This document shows, piece after piece, positions 57,880 through 64,000 of a stretch of 64,000 nucleotides of DNA. Position 1 is the stretch's first letter. Every line of letters starts with the position of its first letter. Source of the stretch: an uncultured Chloroflexia bacterium. Lineage in GTDB: Bacteria > Chloroflexota > Limnocylindria > Limnocylindrales > CSP1-4. The translations under genes and the position numbers were made by a program. The notes below the pieces were generated by a model. The model saw nothing but the letters and a program-made list of their open reading frames with translations, searched no databases and was not told the origin of the DNA. The DNA lies in contig CAWEYL010000002.1 in NCBI GenBank assembly GCA_963813335.1, forward strand, positions 32,001 through 96,000. Reading direction: 5' to 3'.

Positions 57880-60800
57880 ATGAAGTTCTTCTCCCGTTTC
57901 GTCGACTCGAACGACCGCGAGATCCGACGCATCCAGCCCCTGGTCGATGAGGCGAACGCCCTCGAGCCCGAGATCCAGGCCCTCTCCGACGACGAGATCC
58001 GGGCGCGGTTCGCGGAGATCCGCGACGAGATCCGCGAGATCGCCATCCCCGAGGAGCCGTCCGAGGACGAGCGCACGCACCCGGACCTCGAGCGCCGCCG
58101 CGAGCTGACCAAGGCCCGCCGCGACCGCGAGAACGCGGCCATCCAGAAGGCGCTCGACGAGGTCCTGCCCGAGGTCTTCGCGATGACCCGCGAGGCCATG
58201 CAGCGGACGCTCGGGATGCGCCACTTCGACGTCCAGCTCATGGGCGGCGCCGTGCTCCACCAGGGGAGGATCGCCGAGATGCGGACCGGCGAGGGCAAGA
58301 CCCTCGTCGCCCCGCTGGCCGCGATCCTCAACTCGATGTCCGGCCGCGGCGTCCACGTCGTCACGGTCAACGACTACCTGGCCCGCCGCGACCCGCAGTG
58401 GATGGGCCCGATCTTCGCCTTCCTCGGGGTCAGCGTCGGGATGATCACCCACGACGCCTCGTTCGTCTTCGAGCCGGGCTTCCCGACCAACGACGAGCGC
58501 CTCGTCAACCTGCGCCCCGTGTCGCGGGCCGAGGCCTACGCCGCGGACGTCACCTACGGCACCAACAACGAGTTCGGGTTCGACTACCTGCGCGACAACA
58601 TGGTCATCGAGCTCGACCAGCGGGTGCAGCGCGAGCGCAGCTTCGCGATCGTCGACGAGGTCGACAACATCCTCATCGACGAGGCGCGCACGCCGCTGAT
58701 CATCAGCGGCCAGGCCGAGGAGTCGGCCGACCTCTACTTCACGTTCGCCCGGCTCGTGCCGCGCCTCAAGGAGCGGCGGTCCGATTGGGTCGAGGGCGAT
58801 CCGCCCGACGGCGACTACTTCATCGACCTCAAGGACAAGGCCGTCTCCTCGACCGAGGAGGGCGTCGAGAAGATGGAGGGCTGGCTCGGCGTCGAGAACA
58901 TGTACGACGCCGACCCGCGGCTGGCCCGCCACTTCGAGCAGGCGCTGCGCGCGCACGCCCTGTACAAGCGCGACCGCGACTACATCGTCAAGGACGGCGA
59001 GATCATCATCGTCGACGAGTTCACCGGGCGGCAGATGCCCGGCCGCCGCTGGAGCGAGGGCCTCCACCAGGCCATCGAGGCCAAGGAGGGCCTGCGCGTC
59101 CAGCGCGAGAGCGTGACCCTCGCGACGATCACGTTCCAGAACTACTTCCGCCTCTACGACAAGCTGTCCGGGATGACCGGCACGGCGATGACCGAGGCCG
59201 AGGAGTTCCACAAGATCTACAAGCTCGAGGTCGTGGCCATCCCGACCCATCGCGACATGATCCGCGAGGACGAGTCGGACCTGGTCTTCCGCGACGAGAA
59301 GGCCAAGTTCAACGCCCTCATCGAGGAGATCGTCGAGATGCAGGAGGCCGGGCGGCCGGTCCTGGTCGGCACGGTCAGCGTCGAGAAGTCCGAGATCCTC
59401 TCCACGATGCTCGGCCGGCGCGGCATCGAGCACCAGACGCTGAACGCCAAGTTCCACGAGAAGGAGTCCGGGGTGGTCGCCCAGGCCGGGCGCACCGGCG
59501 CCGTGACCATCGCCACCAACATGGCCGGCCGCGGCACCGACATCCTGCTCGGCGGCAACCCGGCAGGCCTCGCCTCGGAGCTGCTCCACAAGCGCGGCCT
59601 CAACCCGGCCGAGGTGGACCCCGAGACCTACAGCGCCGCGCTCGCCGAGGCGAAGGCCGTCACCGAGGAGGACCACGTCCGCGTGGTCGAGGCGGGCGGC
59701 CTCCACATCATCGGCACGGAGCGCCACGACTCGCGCCGGATCGACAACCAGCTGCGCGGCCGCGCCGGACGCCAGGGCGACCCCGGCTCGTCGCGCTTCT
59801 ACCTGTCGCTCGACGACGACCTCATGAAGCGGTTCGCCTCGGAGCGGGTCACCAAGCTCATGGAGCGGCTCGGCCTCGACGAGGACGTCGCCATCGAGTC
59901 GAGCCTGGTGTCGCGCACGATCGAGTCGGCGCAGAGCCGCGTCGAGGGCTTCAACTTCGACATCCGCAAGCGCGTCGTGGAGTTCGACGACGTCATCAAC
60001 AAGCAGCGCGAGACGATCTACGCCGAGCGCGACAAGGTCCTCCACAACGAGGACCTGACCGAGACCGTGCGGGCCTTCCTCGACGAGGAGATCGACGTCC
60101 TCGTGGACACGGACCTCGCCGGCGACGACGCGGAGGGGTGGAACCTCGAGGGGCTCTCCAACGCCCTGCACGGGATGGGCATCACCGGCGAGGGGACCTC
60201 GCCCGACGAGCTCTGGGACGCGGGCGGCCGCGATGCCATCGCCGAGCACCTGCGCGAGCTGGCCGACACCCGCCTCGATGCCCGCTCGGCCGAGGTCGGC
60301 GAGGCCGACTGGTCGACCGTCGAGCGGCTCGTCCTGGTGCGCACCATCGACTCGCTCTGGGTCGAGCACCTGACCGAGCTCGACGACATGCGCCGCGGCA
60401 TCGGCCTGCGCGGGTACGCCCAGCAGGACCCGCTCAACGAGTTCCGGCGCGAGGCCTACCGCCTGTACGAGGAGCTCCGGGGGCTGATCCGCCACGGGGT
60501 GGCGTCGACGATCTTCCGGGTGACCGTCACCCACGAGCCGCCCCAGGATCCGAGCGGCGTGAACGCGTCGCTGGCCCAGGGCGCCGCGGCGCTCGCCGGC
60601 GGCGGGAACGGCGCGGGGACGCCGGCCGCCGCGGTGGCCACTGCCGCGGCCAGGGTCGCCGCCTCCGCGCCCGGCTCGGCCGTCCTGCGCGGCGGGCCCG
60701 CGGCACCGGTCGCCCGCGGCATCACCGAATCGCTCGGCGACCAGCCGGTCGCCCCGGCCGCCGGGACGGGCGGGAACGGCTCGGGAGCGAGCGGGGGCGC

Positions 60801-60897
60801 CCGCCCGGGCTACACGCCGACGGGCGCCCGGATCGGCCGCAACGACCCGTGCTGGTGCGGATCGGGCGCCAAGTACAAGAAGTGCCACGGCGCCTGA
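57880..60897 (+). CDS. secA: Preprotein translocase ATPase SecA
   Basis: MRTGEGKT, DEVD, NMAGRGTDI, C-terminal GRNDPCWCGSGAKYKKCHG. Confidence 0.98.
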   Translation: MKFFSRFVDSNDREIRRIQPLVDEANALEPEIQALSDDEIRARFAEIRDEIREIAIPEEPSEDERTHPDLERRRELTKARRDRENAAIQKALDEVLPEVFAMTREAMQRTLGMRHFDVQLMGGAVLHQGRIAEMRTGEGKTLVAPLAAILNSMSGRGVHVVTVNDYLARRDPQWMGPIFAFLGVSVGMITHDASFVFEPGFPTNDERLVNLRPVSRAEAYAADVTYGTNNEFGFDYLRDNMVIELDQRVQRERSFAIVDEVDNILIDEARTPLIISGQAEESADLYFTFARLVPRLKERRSDWVEGDPPDGDYFIDLKDKAVSSTEEGVEKMEGWLGVENMYDADPRLARHFEQALRAHALYKRDRDYIVKDGEIIIVDEFTGRQMPGRRWSEGLHQAIEAKEGLRVQRESVTLATITFQNYFRLYDKLSGMTGTAMTEAEEFHKIYKLEVVAIPTHRDMIREDESDLVFRDEKAKFNALIEEIVEMQEAGRPVLVGTVSVEKSEILSTMLGRRGIEHQTLNAKFHEKESGVVAQAGRTGAVTIATNMAGRGTDILLGGNPAGLASELLHKRGLNPAEVDPETYSAALAEAKAVTEEDHVRVVEAGGLHIIGTERHDSRRIDNQLRGRAGRQGDPGSSRFYLSLDDDLMKRFASERVTKLMERLGLDEDVAIESSLVSRTIESAQSRVEGFNFDIRKRVVEFDDVINKQRETIYAERDKVLHNEDLTETVRAFLDEEIDVLVDTDLAGDDAEGWNLEGLSNALHGMGITGEGTSPDELWDAGGRDAIAEHLRELADTRLDARSAEVGEADWSTVERLVLVRTIDSLWVEHLTELDDMRRGIGLRGYAQQDPLNEFRREAYRLYEELRGLIRHGVASTIFRVTVTHEPPQDPSGVNASLAQGAAALAGGGNGAGTPAAAVATAAARVAASAPGSAVLRGGPAAPVARGITESLGDQPVAPAAGTGGNGSGASGGARPGYTPTGARIGRNDPCWCGSGAKYKKCHGA

Positions 60898-61253
60898 GTC
60901 TCTGAGGACGGCCGGGCGCGGCGAGCGCTTGGTCAGTCGCTCGACCGTGCTCCGGTCCTTGCGCCGCCCCGCATTCCAGCCATCTGACCCTCAGCCGGTC
61001 GCTGGTCACGCGTCGACCCCGACCAGGCCTCCGGCCACGCATGGGGCCACGCCGCGTTCCTGTCAGCTGATGCTCCAGGCGGCCATCTGGCACGAATCCG
61101 GTGACGAAGGACCGCCTGGTGGTCATCTGCCGGAACGGCGATCGGCTCGGCTGGTGGAACAAGCGATGCCACCCGCTCGGGATTCCGACCCTCATCGCGT
61201 CGAGAATCCTCGATTCAGGCGCGTCCCGTGCGTGACCCGGACACATTTCCCTC

Positions 61254-61282
61254 TTGGCGATAGGGATTTGGCCCCGTATACT
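61254..61282 (+). promoter_or_regulatory. Sigma70-type promoter for the Cys-rich ORF and prfB
   Basis: TTGGCG-17 nt-TATACT. Confidence 0.65.
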
Positions 61283-61378
61283 CATCCAAAACCTGTCGCG
61301 ACCCCAGGACCGCGCGTGTTCCCCCGACAGGCCAGCCCCAGACGAGCCGCCCCTGCCCCGCGCTAGAGAGAGGGATCC

Positions 61379-61603
61379 GTGAAGCAGGTCGAGGAAGCAT
61401 CGTTCGTCGATCTCATCGCCTGTGAGCGCGACTGTCGGTCGTGCAGTTACGCGGCCGCCCTCGATTGCGATGGCAATTGCGGCGTCTGCCCTCACAACGG
61501 CTACTGCCCGTGCGTGAACCCCGTCGTCGCGCGGAGCAAGACGGCGCTGCGGCTCATCGAGCTGCGCCCGCTCCTGCTCCAGGATCTGCAGGCTCGCAAC
61601 TAG
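61379..61603 (+). CDS. Small Cys-rich protein (74 aa, 8 Cys)
   Basis: Purine-rich RBS GAGAGAGGGA; CERDCRSC, CDGNCGVC, CPC; abuts prfB. Confidence 0.7.
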   Translation: MKQVEEASFVDLIACERDCRSCSYAAALDCDGNCGVCPHNGYCPCVNPVVARSKTALRLIELRPLLLQDLQARN

Positions 61604-62709
61604 GTGGATCCGTCCGCCATCCGCGACCTGGCTGAACGGATCCGGTCGACCTCGGGGCATCTTTGACCTCGAGGGGAAGCAGGCCCGCGTCGAGGAACTC
61701 GACGCCCTGACCCTCGAGCCCGGCTTCTGGGACGACAGCCGGGCCGCCCAGAAGGTCACCCGCGAAATCGAGCGGCCTCCGCGAGGAGATCGAGACCTGG
61801 GCCGCCCTCGGCCGCCGTGCCGGCGACCTGCTCGCCGCGGTGGAGCTGCTCAACGAAGGCCCCGACGCCGAGCTCGAGGCCGAGCTGGACCGCGACGCGA
61901 CCGAGCTGGACCGCGACTACGGCCGGGAGCGGACCGCGCTGCTGTTCTCGGGTTCGTACGACGACCGCAACGCGCTCCTCTCGATCAGCGCTGGCGCCGG
62001 CGGCACCGAGGCCACCGACTGGGCCGAGATGCTGCTGCGGATGTACCTGCGCTGGGCCGAGCGCCACCGTTTCTCGACCGAGATCCTCGACCAGCAGGAA
62101 GGCGAGCAGGCCGGCATCAAGAGCGCGACCGTCGCGGTGAACGGACGTCGCGCCTATGGCTGGCTGCGCGCGGAACGCGGGGTCCATCGGCTCGTGCGCA
62201 TCAGCCCGTTCGACTCGCAGAACCGGCGCCAGACGACGTTCGCGCTCGTCGAAGTGCTGCCCGAGGCGGAGGACGACGTCGAGATCGAATTGGACTGGGA
62301 CGAGATCCGCGTCGACACGTTCCGCTCGCAAGGCGCCGGCGGCCAGCACGTCAACAAGACCGACTCGGCGGTGCGGCTCACCCATCTGCCCACGAACATC
62401 GTCGCGCAGAGCCAGAACGAGCGCAGCCAGACCCAGAACAAGGAGATGGCGATCAAGGTCCTCAAGGCACGACTCCTGGAGCGGGCGCTCGAGGAGAAGG
62501 AGGCCGAGGTGCGAGCGCTCAAGGGCGAGCACGTCGAGGCCGGGTGGGGGAACCAGATCCGGAGCTACGTGCTGCACCCGTACCAGATGGTCAAGGACCT
62601 GCGCACGGAACATGAGACCAGCAACACGTCGGCGGTCCTCGACGGCGACCTCGACGCGTTCATGCAGGCCGAGCTCGAGCGCGGCATCGGCGCCGACGAC
62701 GCCGCCTGA
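61604..62709 (+). CDS. prfB: Peptide chain release factor 2 (programmed +1 frameshift, plus one probable error near 61773)
   Basis: GTG..GHL then CTT-TGA-C; FWDD, SPF, GGQ motifs. Confidence 0.95.
61653..61667 (+). promoter_or_regulatory. prfB programmed +1 frameshift cassette
   Basis: CGGGG-CAT-CTT-TGA-C, matching the SD-like plus CTT TGA C signal. Confidence 0.92.
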
Positions 62710-63704
62710 TGACCGGCATCGCGAGCGCCGGGGCGGTCGGCGACCTGACCTACCGGCCCGTGCGCATCGACGAGCTCGAGGCATGCGCCGAGATCTGGCG
62801 GGTCTCGATCAACGACTACATCCGCCGCCTCGGACAGGCCGAGATCATGACCGAGACCGGGCCGCTGGTCCGCCTCTACCGCCACCTGGCGACGACCGAC
62901 CCGGAGCGGTTCGTGGTCGCCGTGCGGGCCGGCGGGGCACCCGACGAGGACGAGGTCGTCGCCTTCGTCGCGTCGGTCGTGCGCGAGCGGCTGTGGTTCC
63001 TCTCGATGCTGTTCGTCTCGCCGGAGATCCAGGCGGCGGGCATCGGGCGCGCCCTGCTCGCCCAGGTGATGCCGCCGGGGGGCACCGCCGGCGATGCCGG
63101 CCCGATGACGATGGCGACGGCCACCGACAGCGCGCAGCCCATCTCGAACGCCCTGTACGCGACCTACGGCATGGTGCCGCGCATGCCGCTCCTCGACGTC
63201 TCGGGGCTGGTCGCGCGACCCGAGGCGTTCGGCGCCCTGCCGTCGGGTGTCACGCCCGTCCCCTTCGAGGCGATCGCCGCCGGGCCGCCGGGCGGTGCCG
63301 GCCACCGCGAGCTGGCGGACGCCGTCGACGGCCTCGACCGCGAGGTCCTCGGCGTCGCCCACCCGCTCGACCACCGCTACCTGCGCAGCGAATCCCGACG
63401 GGGCTGGCTCTACCGCGGGCCGGACGGCGCCGCGCTCGGCTACGGCTACGCCACCGAAGCCGGGCGGGTCGGCCCGGTCGCCGTCCGCGACGCCGACCTG
63501 CTCGCACCGGTGCTCGGCCACCTCACCACGGCCGTCGAGCCGCGCGGCGCCTTCGCGCTGTGGCTGCCGGGCAGTGCCGATCGCGCGGTCGTGCCCGCGC
63601 TGCGGGCCGGGTTCCGCCTCGACCAGTTCCCGATCCTGCTGTGCTGGGACCGCCCGTTCGCCGACTTCAGCCGCTACCTGCCGATCTCGCCCGGCCTGTT
63701 GTAG
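62709..63704 (+). CDS. GNAT-family N-acetyltransferase (two-domain)
   Basis: LFVSPEIQAAGIGRALL motif A; LYATYG; TGATG overlap with prfB. Confidence 0.85.
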   Translation: MTGIASAGAVGDLTYRPVRIDELEACAEIWRVSINDYIRRLGQAEIMTETGPLVRLYRHLATTDPERFVVAVRAGGAPDEDEVVAFVASVVRERLWFLSMLFVSPEIQAAGIGRALLAQVMPPGGTAGDAGPMTMATATDSAQPISNALYATYGMVPRMPLLDVSGLVARPEAFGALPSGVTPVPFEAIAAGPPGGAGHRELADAVDGLDREVLGVAHPLDHRYLRSESRRGWLYRGPDGAALGYGYATEAGRVGPVAVRDADLLAPVLGHLTTAVEPRGAFALWLPGSADRAVVPALRAGFRLDQFPILLCWDRPFADFSRYLPISPGLL

Positions 63705-63767
63705 CAAGCGCACCGGACCACACCGGACCGGACCATCGTCCCGGTCCGCCGCTGACCGCCGTCACGT

Positions 63768-63796
63768 TTGCCGCACCCGTGGGCGGGTGATAGCCT
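63768..63796 (+). promoter_or_regulatory. Sigma70-type promoter
   Basis: TTGCCG-17 nt-TAGCCT with extended TG. Confidence 0.55.
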
Positions 63797-63895
63797 CAGG
63801 TCACACGTGGCTCCCCTTGCCGTGCCCGCGGACGGAGTCCTGCCAGCCTGTGCCGGCGACGCCCGTCGCCGGCCGCAACGCCCGCGGAGCCGATC

Positions 63896-64000
63896 TTGAC
63901 CCTCGCCCCAGCCTCGACCGCCACGCGCACGCTGCGCGAACGCGTCCTCCGCCGCCCGACCGAGCAGGCGACCCAGGAGCGCGCGGTCCTCGTGCTGCAC
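63896..64000 (+). CDS. 5' end of a CDS running off the window (possibly an ABC ATPase such as FtsE, by synteny only)
   Basis: GGAG RBS, TTG start, high GC3 open frame ending ...RAVLVLH. Confidence 0.5.
   Translation, partial: MTLAPASTATRTLRERVLRRPTEQATQERAVLVLH

Noticed and set aside
63674-64000. Minus-strand 108-aa ORF at the window end
   Set aside because: The plus-strand frame from 63896 has a promoter, RBS and better codon usage

Overview
High-GC bacterial chromosome segment. Gene content and style suggest a monoderm organism, probably Chloroflexota (Limnocylindria-like); this is inference, not a database result. 1-13.9 kb: two-component cluster (intact histidine kinase, NarL-family regulator, degenerate DegS-like kinase), four Flp pilin genes, a secretin-less Tad operon (cpaB-cpaE-cpaF-tadB-tadC), DUF192, comF, hpf, nfo and a GT39 glycosyltransferase. 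14-42.7 kb (minus strand): XRE regulator, flippase-like gene, PHP, mreB, murA, the F1Fo operon, two surface proteins, wecA-like, glyA, tsaC, HAD, prmC, glycogen debranching enzyme, prfA, DUF1385, rpmE, rpmA, rplU, DUF2344. 42.7-48.3 kb: AI-2E transporter, J-domain protein, rodA-mrdA-mreD. 48.4-64 kb: a perfect parS, parA-parB-gyrB-paaI-alkD-gyrA-prs-secA, a small Cys-rich ORF, prfB with its programmed +1 frameshift, and a GNAT. About 18 other frameshifts are all single-base insertions, most likely read errors. I saw no rRNA, tRNA, CRISPR or IS. Best candidate for an undescribed system: a Tad/Flp-ComF locus next to a regulator with a Cle-type YxGP[D/E]RR (putative c-di-GMP-binding) tail and a pseudokinase. 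Second: a CxxxCxxC-twice mini-protein abutting the prfB start.
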